A DNA stretch of 64,000 nucleotides from Amphiscolops sp. MND2022 (taxonomy: Eukaryota), in contig OZ076409.1 of NCBI GenBank assembly GCA_964187785.1, forward strand, positions 72,356,001 to 72,420,000, read 5' to 3'. Position 1 is the first letter of the stretch. Each line of letters begins with the position of its first letter. The notes under the pieces are model-generated. The model saw only the letters and a program-made list of their open reading frames with translations. It was not told where the DNA came from and searched no databases. Below are positions 38,378-52,658 of this stretch, in pieces. Position numbers and translations under genes: made by a program.

Positions 38378-41167
38378 GTGGCGGGGGGCTGTCCCCAATA
38401 GAATATAGTGAGGTAGGGTAGGGTTCCCTACCGAACATTCAGTACTGAAAGACTCTTGTAGTATGAAAATTTTTCGATGTTTTGAGACCGATTTCGGATT
38501 CCACCCGTCAGAAGTTTATGATTTTTTGGCCCCCACCCAGATTTTGGGCACTGATCGCCCCCCACCAGGTTCCATACCCGTGGTTTCGTTGTGACGGGTA
38601 CACGAGCGACCGTTAGGGGTCAATCAGGGGGTAAAATTTATAAAAGTGTGAATAACTTTTCCCCCCGTCGTTTTAGCAGGTCCGGTCACTAGTAAAGGTT
38701 TGTTGGGCATCATGCAGTGGGTACGGGGGGCCAAACAAAAATTTTCTATCTTGCACCGTTACGGACTTGGCCCCCCGCCCAAACCGCTATTTTACCGGAA
38801 ATTGCACTTTTTGACCGGGAAGGAGTCGTCTGAGCGCGGAGTCATTTGGTAATGTTTTGTAGAGCATCTGGAGACGTGGTGGGGGACATGTAGTTTGCCG
38901 ACCCCAGTTTACCCCTCGGACGGGAAATGACCGTTATGTGAGTTTCAAAAATGCCCCCCTCCAATTTTCCCCGCAATTTCCGGTGTGAAGGAGTCGGAAT
39001 AGCGTGTCGAGTGCTATATATCAAAAGTAGCTTTAAACAAGGACCTATCAGAAACATGTGGTTTGGGACCCTTTGAACGGACCCGTTAGCCGGAAATAGG
39101 GTGACCGCCTCCTTTTTTGGTGGTAAAACCGTAAAACGGGCATTAAAGTGTAATTATCTCGTGAACGCGTGGAGCAATCGTGTCCATCACTCCTACAAGG
39201 TTTCATACCCATGACATGGTGCCTTCAGGGGGGCAAACAGATCAGCGCTATCTATCACCGTTACGGACTTTGCCCCCCAGCCTAACCGCTATATTACCGG
39301 AAATTGCCCTTTTTGACCGGGAAGGAGTCGTCTGAGAGTGGAGTCGTTAAGTAATGTTTTGTAGAGCATCTAGAGACGTGTTGGGGGACATGTAGTTTGC
39401 CGACCCCGGTTTACCCCTCGGACGGGAAATTACCGTTATGTGAGTTTTAAAATTGACCCCCTTCAACTTTCCCCGTTATTTCCGATGTGAAGGAGTGAGG
39501 GTAGCGCGTCGGGTGTCATATATCAAAAGTAGGTTAAGACAAGGACCAACCGGGAACATGTTGTTTGGGACCCTCTGGCCCAACCCGTTAGCCGTTATAA
39601 GGGTGATCGCCTCCTTTTTTTACTGCTAAAACCGGAAAACGGGCATTGAGGGGTAAATATCTCGTGAACGCGTGGAGCAATCGTGTCCATCACTACTACA
39701 AGGTTTCATACCCATGATACGGTGCCTTCAGGGGGGAAAACAGATTACCGCTATATATCACCGTTACGGACTTGGCCCCCCAGCCTAACCGCTATGTGAC
39801 CGGAAATGTCATTTTTTGAGCCAAAAGGGTTGGTCCCAGCGTGGGAACGTCAGGTAACTTTATGTAGAACTCAATGAGACGAGTTGGGGGATATAGTTTT
39901 AGTCACCCCCCGTTGACCCGTTGGACCGGAAACGACCGTTATGTAGTGAAAAATGTTATTTTTATACTTTTTGAAGGCCATTTAGGGCAGGAAGTATCGG
40001 TAATATGTCTTTGGACAGTATACAATGAAAGTTTTGGTGTGAAACGAGCAATCTGAAATAACCGTTATTATGATTCGGAAGTCACACTAACAGCGAAAAT
40101 GACCGTTATGTAGTGAAAATTTTTTTCACAATTTTTTTTATTTTCGATAGGTCCTTCAAGCCAGGAAGTAGCTGTATTAGGTCTTTGGTCACTTTATGAT
40201 GATTGTGGTGTTGTGAGATGACCGTACGAACTTGACCGTTATAATGCCCCTGAAGTTGCGGCGGCACGAGAAATTTCAGAAAGTTTGTCTTTTCTGTGTT
40301 TTGTTGGAATAAACATGTAATTTCATCAAACCAAAGTGCATTCAGGGTGTCAGAAAGCTTCAAGAAAAGAATTTGACAGGAAACATGAGGTGAGAAATAG
40401 GAAAATGCCACGGAAATCCAACCCGTTGGGAAGTAAAGATAATAAATTGGTTTGGAAGTGCCAATCGACGTGTAATTGCGGATCATAGCTACGATATTGT
40501 CTCTTTTGTTTCTTTTTGAAGACTTTGAACATTTTCACTTTATCAGCTTGAAGTTTCGACTCCATTAACTCAATAACCGTTACAATATGATAGCCCTCAA
40601 GTTGACCTTGTGTCAACTTGAAAGGGCTATCCTTTCACAACTGCGCAGCGACAGTGTGATTGAGTGTTTTTGTTATTATCCATAGCCAATTTGAACTTCA
40701 ACAAAAGTTTAACCATAGTTAAAAAATTTCATATGATTCTTTTAAAAGGATAAGTAAGAAACAAATGTTTGACAAAAAACTTTCAACCTTTAATTTGTGG
40801 ACTGAATATCAGGAAAACCATGTCTCCTAACGTTGTTGGATGAAATTCAACATGATTCTTTTAATAGGATAACAAAATTTGACAACATATTTTTTTATAT
40901 TCTTTCGTTGGTGCTCTACATTTTAGGAAAACGAATTTTCCAACAAATATTGTTGGCTGATGCCTGTTCATAGTGGCTTGAAAATTTCACCAACTGTAAT
41001 GCTTTTTATCAAAGGTGAAACCGCTCCTTACCGTCGCATAATGTAATTCAAGCCGACGCCCACATGCCAACATCAACGCCCACCGTCCGTAGGCATGCCG
41101 AGGCATGCCTTTCGACGACGTATGCCAAATCACGCCCCTGCGAGGTCACTAAAGCGGTAGCGGCTAG
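38378..41167 (+). mobile_element. Unit 17, long variant of family C (2790 bp)
   Basis: C-type body with one extra ~502-bp repeat and a unique 3' region. Hairpin at 40589-40631, A/T variant palindrome at 41091-41110. Confidence 0.75.
38745..39960 (+). repeat. Internal ~502-bp tandem repeat, ~2.4 copies
   Basis: ACCGTTACGGACTT anchor at 38755, 39257 and 39760. Ends are approximate. Confidence 0.88.
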
Positions 41168-44100
41168 GTGGGCGGGGGTAATTCCCCAACAAAAAAATCG
41201 GCCGGCGGGTCGGGTCCTGCCGGCCGTCCAAAATCAAAATTATACTAGTAGAAAACGGCCGGTCAAACGAGCTATTTTTTTATTTAACCGTTAGAATTTG
41301 GGTTTAGATTGCATGCGGCCATGAAATGGCCATACGAATCGAAGTTCCTGCTGACGTTTTGCGATTGAAACACTTTATAAAAAGTTATGGCCAATTTGTC
41401 AGTCACCTAGAAGGGCAAAATGAGGAAAATTTCAACAAAGTCGCTGATAACTCAAAATGTGTTAATTTTTGGACTTTGACTGTGAAACAAGCTTGGAACC
41501 TTCATTTCGTGGCTGTGGCATTGCACTAAACACAAAAGATGTAAAGTTTTTACATTTTTTGAAAATTCGAAATATTTGAATTTTTTTTCACTACTATCAG
41601 TACCCCATATGTCAAAAACACCTCAGAAAAAAATTTTTATTTGCTTTAAATTGAATACCTTGGTATCCATGGTTTCTGTCGGAACCTACTCGCAGCCAAA
41701 CACCCAACAGTTTGCATCCAATGTGAAAATAATTTTTTTTTCGAGGTTATAGGTGTATCACAAGGATTTCACAACTTAGTATTAATTTACAAAATGGTCA
41801 TTTTCAACATCATATTTTCATCGAGGCATGTCGGATATAGTCTTAATGCTCACGACCGGTCCTACTGGCAACGTAATACCCATTTATAGAAATATAAAGT
41901 TTAAAAAAAATATTTTCACCCGATCTTCAGTCATTTTTCAGTCATTCGGAACTTAACTTAGAAAAATTTCGACCAAAATACCCATTTTTGTCAGGTCGAA
42001 AATTCAAATTCAGCTTTTTAAGCTAAATTATTAAATCTGACGTAACCAGTGGGGCCAATGAAACTCAAAACTGCAATAGACACTGGTATCAATGGCTCCA
42101 ATAACATATGAGTCGCGATAAGGCGTTATTTTGAGCATTACGTCTCAATTGAGGTAAACATCTCGCAAGCCAGAGATCACTGTGAAAAGTGATTTCATCA
42201 AAAATTTACTCATTTTCGTCAATCACCATGTGCACAGAATGCGTAGGGTGAGTTTCAGCACTATAATGCGGTTTTTGAAGGAATCGGTCTGCTCAAGGGG
42301 TGGTATGAGACATTTTTTTTCATGTAGTACTATATTTCTCAAAACTTTTAGCCCATTATCTCGAAAAGCTCACTTCGCAAATTACTTTCAGTTACTCTAT
42401 TCGAAGCTTAGAATATATATGAACACTGTGGTTGATCAGAAACTCTTGACTATTTTGTTTTTGGAAAAAAACTGCCTTGCATGTGTTACATTAGTGGCAG
42501 GAAAAATACCAGTAGCTCCAAAAATCACAATTTTGGACGGACAGACCTGCAATGATGCAAAGCAAAAACGTTTCAACAACTTCTGGCGCCACTTTTTTTA
42601 CCCAAGAGGTTCGAAATTACTATTAACAATGCTGACATTCGCTATAAATAAGATCGAGGTCAATTTACTAACACTTAGGTTATACATTTATATCTGAGAA
42701 ACCATTCTTTGTCAGGTCGCAATTTTAAATTTAGTTTGGGAAACAATACTTTTCACTCTGAAGCAAACCGTTGGGCCCAAATTACTCAAAAACTACAAAA
42801 AGACTGTCACCATATGCCCTAATAGCATATGAGATTCGACCGTTTGTTTTTAACACAAAAACTCTCATCCGAAGTAAACATGTTGAAAGCCTTGAATCAC
42901 CGTGAGAAATGATTTCATCAAAAAATATTCCTTTTTCGTCAATCTTCATCTACACAGAACACGTTGTGTCATTTTCAGCCGTGAAATGAGCTTCTACCGT
43001 AATATGGGTTGCTCAAGGTGTTGTATAAGACAAAAACTTCCTCTTTTCTACTATCTTCTTCAAATATTTCAACCCTTTGTCACAAGAAGTTAATATTCAA
43101 AATCTCTTTGAAATGTTTCTTTAGGTTGGGGTGAAGTGTTAGAACAATAATTATGATCGAAGAATGATAGTATTGGTGTTTGGACCATGTCCGGATGAAC
43201 AAATTGCAAAATCATGAAAAATTTCTTACCATTTTTGGTCATTTTGTCAGTACTAAAAATGTTAGCTGAAAAAGAATTTTTTTGATGGCACCATTGGATT
43301 CCTCTCAAAAAGTTAGCTATATGAACTGTGTAATAACCCCGTATCTTTTCAATTTAAATAATTTTAAAAAGCAAACTTTTTTGACTAAAATCCTAAAAAT
43401 CATACCATTTCCTAAAAAATTTCAAATGCCCCCCATTTGACGTATAAGAATAGCACAGAAAACTATCACATACCGATCGACTCTACTTCCATTGTAGATT
43501 ACCAGAATTTTGTTTAGAACAATTTTTGACGGATGCAAAAAAAATTTAAACCCTCCAAAAAAGGGCCAAAATTACACGAAAAAATTGACCTTAAAATTTT
43601 AAAATGTCGAAAAATCATCAAAACCACAGCTTCTTGGGGTTCTATCAACTCCACGTGGTCCACAGAGTATGTTAAAACAAGTTTTACCCGTATTTGAGCA
43701 ATATGTGAAAAAGCCGACTTTTTTGGGAATGAAAAACATACCATTTCCTAAAAAATTTCAAACGCACCCCATTTGACGTATAAGAATAGCACAGAAAACT
43801 ATCACATACCGATCGACTCTACTTCCATTGTAGGTTACCAGAATCTTGTTTAGAACAATTGTTGACGGATGCAAAAAAAAATTAAACCCTCCAAAAATGG
43901 GCCAAAATTACACGAAAAAATTGACCTTAAATTTTTAAAATGTCAAAAAATCATCAAAACCACAGCTTCTTGGGGTTCTATCAACTCCACGTGGTCCACA
44001 GAGTATGCTAAAACAGGTTTTACCTGTTTCTGAGCTATATGTGAAAAAACCGACATTTTGGGGAAGAAAAACATACCATTTCTTAAAAAATTTCAAATGC

Positions 44101-45928
44101 ACGCCATTTGCCGTATGAGAATAGCACAGAAAACTATCACATACCGATCAACTCTACTTCTATTGTAGATTATCAGATTTTTGTTTAGAACAAATTTTTA
44201 TGGATATAAAAAATTTTTAAACCCTCCAAAAATGAGCCAAAATAACACGAAAAAATGGACCCTAAATTTTTAAAATGTCAAAAAATTATCCAAACCACAG
44301 CTTCTTGGGGTTCTATCAGCTCCACGTGGTCCACAGAGTATGCTAAAACAGGTTTTGCCCGTTTTTGAGCAGTATATGAAAAAGCCGACATTTTTGGGGA
44401 AGAAAAACATACCATTTCCTAAATAATTTCAAATGCTGGCAATTTGCCGTATGAGAGTAGCACAGAAAACTATCACACACCGATCAACTCTACTTCTTTT
44501 GTAGATTATCAGAATTATGTTTAGAGTAAAGTTTTATGGATATGAAAAATTTTTATACCCTCCAAAAATGGGCCAAAATGACACAAAAAAATTGACCTCA
44601 AATTTTTAAAATGTCAAAAAATTATCCAAACCACAGCGTCTTGGCGTTCTATCAACTCCAAATGACCTTCAGAGTATACCAAACCAGGTATTGCCAATCT
44701 TTTGAGCAATATTTAAAAACACCGACTATTTGGCAAGAACACGATAATATGTTCCATATAAGAAGTGAATCATTCCACATATATACCCGGTCTAATATTT
44801 CCAAATTAGCGATAACATTTATACATGATGGTTTTTGAAAGTGAGCTTCATAAGAGGTTGAGATGTAATAATACGTAAATGGACCCTAAGTTTCATTGAA
44901 ATCTCAATGGAATACGTCCAATCAACTTCAATCCTAACTATTATATAACAAAAAACACTTGAGTACATTCCATCTCCCCATCGGGGGAGATGAGAATGTA
45001 CTTTTCAAAAGCCAAAAACTTCGAATTTTAAATCTTTTGTAACATTGTATGTAACTGTTGAAACGATGAACGAATAAAAATGCTTCTAGTACCTTCATCA
45101 ATTTTTGCTTCAGCTCCTATTTCTGCAGAACAAAACCAAAAGACACACTTACAGCAGTTAAGTTCGATTGTATAACTCAGTGAATAAAGGTATGACTGAG
45201 GAAGTTCACAAGTTGTTTCAAAAGTTTCCGGCCTTCCAAAATCATGAAACGTCCACACAACCAAGATAGCAAGTGAAAGAATGCTGAATGCACCTTATTA
45301 GATGAGATAAATAATGTGTGGAACTTGCCATTATCTCAAGATGACGTTGATTTATGATCTTTTAAGGATAGTTCGATATGTGACCACAATAGTGGAAAAC
45401 TTATTACTATTTGAAGAACACCGTGGAAAGCGTTCAGAAAGGACAGTATATTTGTTTCGAGCATGCATGCGTGTGTTCCTTTGGTGACGTTAGCTTAGTG
45501 TACATGACGGAGGTATTCGAGAGATTATGATAGAGTTTACTCACAAGTCTTTGTTTTTTTAAACTTTCTATGCCGTTGAGTACATTCGTAAGGTACATCC
45601 ATCCCCTTCTCTGGGAATGTACGTTTGCCAAATGACTGTCATCCAAAATTCGTAATCCGGACGAGTTTAACTACATAAACATGTGATGAGCGTTTTCAAT
45701 TCACAACCGAATAACATTTTTTTTCTCGAAAATGATGATGGTTTTGATTTTGATGTCTTCTACTTTTATCATCATGCAAACGACCTTACCATGTCTCTCT
45801 TCTGTCGTCATTTGTACAACGCCACATAGCGTTCCGACGCCCACCGTCTGTGGGCATGCCGAGGCATGCCCTTCGACGACGTATGCCAAATGAGCCATAC
45901 CCGCACTCTGGAGTGCGGTAGCGGCTAG
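41168..45928 (+). mobile_element. Unit 18, family L (4761 bp)
   Basis: Near-identical to unit 6 beyond ~1.1 kb. GTACATTC hairpin at 44962-45002. Confidence 0.78.
43402..44740 (+). repeat. Internal ~336-bp tandem repeat
   Basis: Same repeat as 13900-15240. Ends are approximate. Confidence 0.88.
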
Positions 45929-48900
45929 GTGGGCGGGGGTAATTCCCCAACTAAAAATTCGGCCGGCGGGTCGGGTCCTGCCGGCCGTCCAAAATCAAAA
46001 TCCTACTAGTAGAAAACGGCATGTCAAACGAGCTATTTTTTTATTTAACCGTTAGAATTTGGGTTTAGATTGCATGCGGCCATGAAATGGCCATACGAAT
46101 TGAAGTTCCTGCTGACGTTTTGCGATTGAAACACTTTATAAAAAGTTATGGCCAATTTGTCAGTCACCTAGAAGGGCAAAATGAGGAAAATTTTAACAAA
46201 GTCGCTGATATCTCAAAATGTGTTAATTTTTGGACTTTGACTGTGAAACAAGCTTGGAACCTTCATTTCGTGGCTGTGGCATTGCACTGAACACAAAAGC
46301 TGTAAAGTTTTCACATTTTTTGAAAATTCGACATTTTTGAAATTTCTTTCACTACCATCAGTACCCCATATGTCAAAAACACCTCAGAAAAAAATTTTTA
46401 TTTGCTTTAAATTGGAAACCTTGGTATCCATGGTTTCTGTCGGAACCTACTCGCAGCCAAACACCCAACAGTTTGCATCCAATGTGAAATAAAAAATTTT
46501 TTCGAGGTCATAAGCGTTTCACAAGGTTTTCATGATTTAGTATTAAATTACATAGTGGTCATTTTAAACATAAAATTTTGGTCCAGGCATGTCGGATATA
46601 GTCTGAATGCTCACGAACGGTCCTACTGGCAACGTATGAACCATTTATAGTAATAAAAAGTATTAAAAAAATTTTTTCACCCGGTCTTCAGTCATTTTTC
46701 AGACATTCGGAACTTAACTTAGAAAATTTTCGAACCAAATACCCATTTTTTGTCAGGTCGAAAATTGAAATTCAGCTAATAAAGCAAAATTTTTTACTCT
46801 GACGTAACCAGTGGGGTCCATGATACTCAAAAATACGATTGGGACTGGTACCAATGGCTCCTATATCATATGAGCCGCGATAAGATGTTATTTCGAGCAA
46901 TACGTCTCAATTGAGGTAAACATCTCGCAAGCCTGGGATCACAGTGAATTGTAATTTTATCAAAATTTTACTCATTTTTGTCAATCACTATGTGCACAGA
47001 GTGCGTAGGGGGAGTTGTAGCACTATAATGAGGTTTTTGAAGGCATCGGGTTGCTCAAGGGGTGGTATGAGACATTTTTTTCCTATATACTACTGTATTT
47101 TCCAAAACTTTTAGCCCATTATCTGCAAAAACTAACTTGACAAAATACTTTGAGTTACTCTACTCAAAGCTTAGAACATAGATGAACACTGTGGTTGATC
47201 AGAAACTATTTACTATTTTGTTTTTAGAAAAAACTGCCTTGCATGTGTTACACTAGTGGCAGGAAAAATACCAGTAGCTCCAAAAATCACAAATTTGGAC
47301 GGACAGACTTGCAATGATGCAAAGCAAAAACGTTTCAACAACTTCTGACGCCACTTCTTTTACCCAAGAGGTTCGAAAACGCCATTAACAAGGCTGACAT
47401 TCGCAATAAATAAGATCGAGGTCCATTTACTAACACTTAGGTTTCAAATTTGTTTCTGAGAAACCCATTTTTGTCAGGTCGCAATTTCAAATTTAATTTG
47501 GGAAGCAAAATTTTTCACTCTGAAGCAAACCGCTGGGCCCAAATTACTCAAAAACAACAAAAAGACTATCACCATATGCTCTAATAACATATGAGATGCG
47601 ACAGTATGCTTTTAACACAAAAACTCTCATCCGAAGTAAACATGTTGAAAGCCTTGAATCACCGTGAGAAGTGATTTCATCAAAAAATATTTCTTTTTCG
47701 TCAATCACTATATACACAAAACCCGTTGTGTTAGTTTCAGCCGTGAAATGAGGTTCTACCGTAATATGGGTTGCTCAAGGTGTTGTATAAGAGAAAATCG
47801 TCCTCTTTTCTACTAACTTCTTCAAATATTTCGACCCTTTGTCACACGAAGTTAAAATTCAAAATCTCTTTGAATTGTTTCTTTAGGTTGGGATGAAGTG
47901 GTAGAACAATAACTTTGATCCAAGAATGCTAGTATTGGTGTTTGGACCATGTTTGGATGAACAAATCGCAAAATCATGAAAAATTTGTTTCTTTTTTTGG
48001 TTATTTTGGCAGTACTAAAAATGTTAGCTGACAAATAATTTTTTCGATAGCACCATTGGATTCCGCTCAAAAAGTTGGTTATATGACATGTGTAATAACG
48101 CCGTATCTTTTCAATTTAAATATATTTAAAAAGCCAACTTTTTTGACCAAAATCCTAAAAATCATACCATTTCCTAAAAAATTTCAAATGCACCCCATTT
48201 GACGTATAACAATAGCACAGAAAACTATCATATACCGATCAACTCTACTCTCATTGTGGATTATTAGCATTTTGTTTTGAACGAATTTTGATGGATATTA
48301 AAAAATTTTGAACCCTCCAAATATGGGCCAAAATTACACGAAAAAATTGACCTTAAAATTTTAAAATGTCAAAAAATCATCAAAACTACAGCTTCTTGGG
48401 GTTCTATCAACTCCACGTGGTCCACAGAGTACGCTAAAACAGGTTTTACCCGTTTTTGAGCAATATGTGAAAAAGCCGACATTTTTGGGAAAGAAAAACA
48501 TCCCATTTCCTAAAAAAATTCAATTGCACGCCATTTGCCGTATGAGAATAGCACGGAAAACTATCACATACCGATCAACTCTACTTTTATTGTAGATGAT
48601 TAAAAATTAGTTTAAAACAAATTTTGACGGATATTAAAAAATTTTAAACCCTTAAAAAATGGGCCAAAATTACACGAAAAAATTGACCTTAAAATTTTAA
48701 AATGTCACAAAATCATCAAAACCACAGCTTCTTGGGGTTCTATCAACTCCACGTGGTCCACAGAGTACGCTAAAACAGGTTTTACCCGTTTTTGAGCAAT
48801 ATGTGAAAAAGCCGACATTTTTGGGGAAGAAAAAATAGGCATTTCCTAAAAAAATCAAATGCACGCCATTTGCCGTATAAGAATAGCACAGAAAACTATC

Positions 48901-50677
48901 ATATACCGATCAACTCTACTCCCATTGTAGATTATTAGAATTTTATTTTGAATGATTTTTGATGGTTATTAAAAAATTTTGAGCCCCCCAAAAGCGGGCC
49001 AAAATTACACGAAAAAATTGACCTTAAAATTTTAAAATGTCAAATAATCATCGAAACCACAGCTTCTTGGGGTTCTATCCACTCCACATGGCCCACAGAG
49101 TATGCCAAACCAGGTTTTGCGCGTTTTTGAGCAATATTTGAGAAAGCCGAGTTTTTTGGGGAAGAAAAACATAACATTTCCTAATAAAATTCAAATGCAC
49201 GCCATTTGGCGTATGACAATAGCACAGAAAACTATCACATACTAATCAACTCTACTCTCTTTGTAGATCACCAGAGTTTTGCTTAGAATAAATTTTGATG
49301 AATATTTGTAAATTTTAAACCCTCCTAATATGGGCCAAAATCACACGGAAAAATTGACCGTAAGGTATTAAAATGTCAGAAATTCATCAAAACCACAGCT
49401 TCTTGGGGTTCTATCATTTCTATATGACTTTCAGAGTATACCAAACAAGGTATTAACATTGGGCGATAATTAAAAACACCAATTTTATTTTAGAAGAAAA
49501 CCATAATAAGTTCAATATAAGAAGTGAATCATTCCATATATATACCCTGTCTTATATTTTAAATTAGCGATAATATATATACTTGATGTTTTTTGAAAGT
49601 GAGCTTCATAAGTGGTTGAGATGTGATAATACGTAAATGGATTCCAAGTTTCATCGAAATGTCAATGGAATACGTCCAATCAACTTCAATCTTAACAATT
49701 AGATAACAAAAAACCTAAGTACATTCCATCTCCCCATCGGGGAGATGAGAATGTACTTTTCAAAAACCAAAAACTTAGATGTTTTTTTTTGTAACACTTA
49801 CTGTAACTGCTGAAATGATGAAAGAATAATTATGCTTCTAATAACTCCATGATTTTTTGCTTCAGCATTTTTTTTGCAGAACAAAACCATCAGACATATT
49901 TTTCGCAGTTAAGTTCGATCGTATTACCCAGTGAACAAAGGTATGGAAGGATGTTTACAAGTTGTTTCAAAACTTTCCCGCCTTCCAAAATAATGAAACG
50001 TCTACACAACCAAGATAGCAAATGAATGAATGCGGAATGCATCTTATTAGATAAGATAAATAACGTGTAGAACTTACCTTTATCTGAAGTTGACGTTGAT
50101 TTATGATCTTTAGAGGATAGTTTGATTTTTGACCATAATAGTGGGAAACTAATTATTATATGAATGATGGCGTGGAAAGCGTTCAGAAATTGTAGTATTT
50201 TGGATTCGAGCATGTATGCGTGGGTTCCTTTGGTGGCGTTAGCTTAGTGTACATGATGGAAGTTTTCGATCTGTTATGATTAATTTTACTCACGAGTCTT
50301 TGTTTTTCCTATTTTTTTGCCATTAAGTACATTCATTCTATCCCCTTTTCTGAGAATGTACGTTTGTCAAATGACTGTCATCCAAATTTTGCATTCCCGA
50401 AGAGTTTAAATACATAACACGTGTTTAGCGTTTCCAAATCACAACCGAGTAACATTCTATTTTTTTTTCTCAAAATTGATAATGGTTTTGATTTTGGTGT
50501 CTTCTACTTTCATCATCCATCATAACAACCACCTTACCATGTCTCTCGCTTGTCTTCATTTTACAACGCCACATAGTGTAGCGACGCCCACAGTCTGTGG
50601 GCATGCCGAGGCATGCCCTTCGACGACGTATGCCAAATTTAGCGTTAGCCCGCGGTCACTACCGCGGTAGCAGCTAG
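45929..50677 (+). mobile_element. Unit 19, family L, third subfamily (4749 bp)
   Basis: L layout with hairpin at 49717-49758. Terminal hairpin is shared with unit 10. Confidence 0.78.
48164..49490 (+). repeat. Internal ~336-bp tandem repeat
   Basis: Four diverged copies of the L-family repeat. Ends are approximate. Confidence 0.85.
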
Positions 50678-52658
50678 GTGGGCGGGGGTAATTCCCCAAC
50701 AAAAATTACGGCCGGCGGGTTGGGTCCTGCCGGACGTCAAATAGCAAAGAATATCTAGTAGGAAACGGCGACACAGAATCGCGATTTTTAAATCTAACCA
50801 CAATTTTTTGGACTTGGAGTGCATGCGGCCCTGAAATGCCCATACGAATCGAAGTTCCTGCTGACGTTAAGCGATTGAAATAATATATAAAAAGTTATGG
50901 CCCATTTTTCACTCACATAGAAGGGTAAAATGAGGAAATTTTTAACAAAGTCGCTGATAACTCAAAATGTGTTAATTTTTGGACATTGACTGTGAAACAA
51001 GCTTGGAACCTTCATTTCGTGGCTGTGGCATTGCACTGAACACAAAAGATGTAAAGTTTTTACATTTTTTGAAAATTCGACATTTTTGAAATTTTTTTCA
51101 CTACTATCAGTACCCCATATGTCAAAAACGCTTCAGAAAAAATTTTTTATTTGCTTTAAATTGGAAACCTTGGTATCCATGATTTCTGTCGGAACCTACT
51201 CGCAGCCAAACACTCAACAGTTTGCATCCAATGTGAAAATTAAATTTTTTTCGGGGTCATAAGCGTTTCACAAGGATTTCTCAACTTAGTATTAATTTAC
51301 AAAATGGTCATTTTGAACACAAGATTTTCATCAAGGCTTGTCGGCTATAGCCTTAATGTTCTAGAACGGTCCCACTGGCAACGTAGGAACCATTTATAGT
51401 AATAGAAATTTTTAAAAATTTTTTTCACCCGTTCTTCCATCATTTTTCAGTCATTCGGAACTTATCTTAGAAAAATTTCGACCAAAATACCCATTTTTTG
51501 TCAGGTCGAAAATTCAAATTCAGCTTTTTAAGCAAAATTATTAACTCTGACGTAACCCATGGGGCCCATGATACTCAAAACAACGATTGACACTGGTATC
51601 AATGGCTCCAATAACATATGAGTCGCGATAAGACGTTATTTTGAGCAATACGTCTCAATTGAGGTAAACATCTCGCAAGCCTGGGATCACAGTGAAATGT
51701 AAATTCATCAAAAATTTACTCATTTTTGTCAATCACTATGTGCACAGAGTGCGTAGGGTGAGTTCCAGCACTATAATGAGATTTTTGAAGGCATCGGGTT
51801 ACTCAAGGGGTGGTATGAGACATTTTTTTCTATATACTACTGTATTTTCCAAAACTTTTAGCCCATTATCTGGAAAAACTAACTTGACAAAATACTTTCA
51901 ATGATTTTATTCAAAGGCTACAATGTAGATGAACCCAGTGGTTGATCAGAATCTTTCATCTCTTTCGTTTTCCGAAATATTTCCCTTCGCATGTGTTACA
52001 TTTGTAGCAGAAAAAAATCGAAACTGAAAAATACGCTATTTTGCTTATATAGAATCGCAATGATTGTGCCTAAAAACTCTTTAAACACTTCTAACGCGAC
52101 CTTACGCACCCAAAATGATCGAAAATGCTATTCACAATGGTGACATGTGCTCTTTCAACGATCCTGACTGAACAATTTTCGCAAATTATTCAAGTACCTG
52201 TTAACTGAATCTCGTGATAGCCTTTTAAGTTGGCCTTGTGTCAACTTGGGAAGGCTATCACATCAAAAAATTTTCAACAAAAATACTTTTTGTTTATTGG
52301 AAATGACAGTCGATATATAATTTCGTGATTCTATACTACCGTTAGTACCTTCCATTAAGTCACCTGACGATTGCTTTCAGTCTTTGATAAATACCTATGA
52401 ACTCGAAGTCTTATTTATTAATTTTGTGCTAAAAATAAACATCAAAACTATCCAAATTATTTAAAATTGAGTCTTTACCGTTTTTGTTTTTCTTTTTCTA
52501 CTGTTATTAGGCTCATCAACTTCCTACAGCCACGCTCTCTGTCATACTGTACAACGCCACATAGTGTTGCGACGTGCACAGTCTGTGGGCATGCCGAGGC
52601 ATGCCCTTCGACGACGTATGCCGAATACCGCGGGCATACGCCCGCGCTCCCCGGCTAG
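50678..52658 (+). mobile_element. Unit 20, family A (1981 bp)
   Basis: Standard termini. The terminal hairpin loop differs (CATAC) while the stem is retained. Confidence 0.78.

Noticed and set aside
6894..50677. Simple large segmental duplication or fixed higher-order repeat (L-L at 6894-16426 versus 31620-50677)
   Set aside because: The unit 5 and unit 6 counterparts (15 and 18) are separated by units 16-17 and have different neighbours, and no multi-unit period fits the order.
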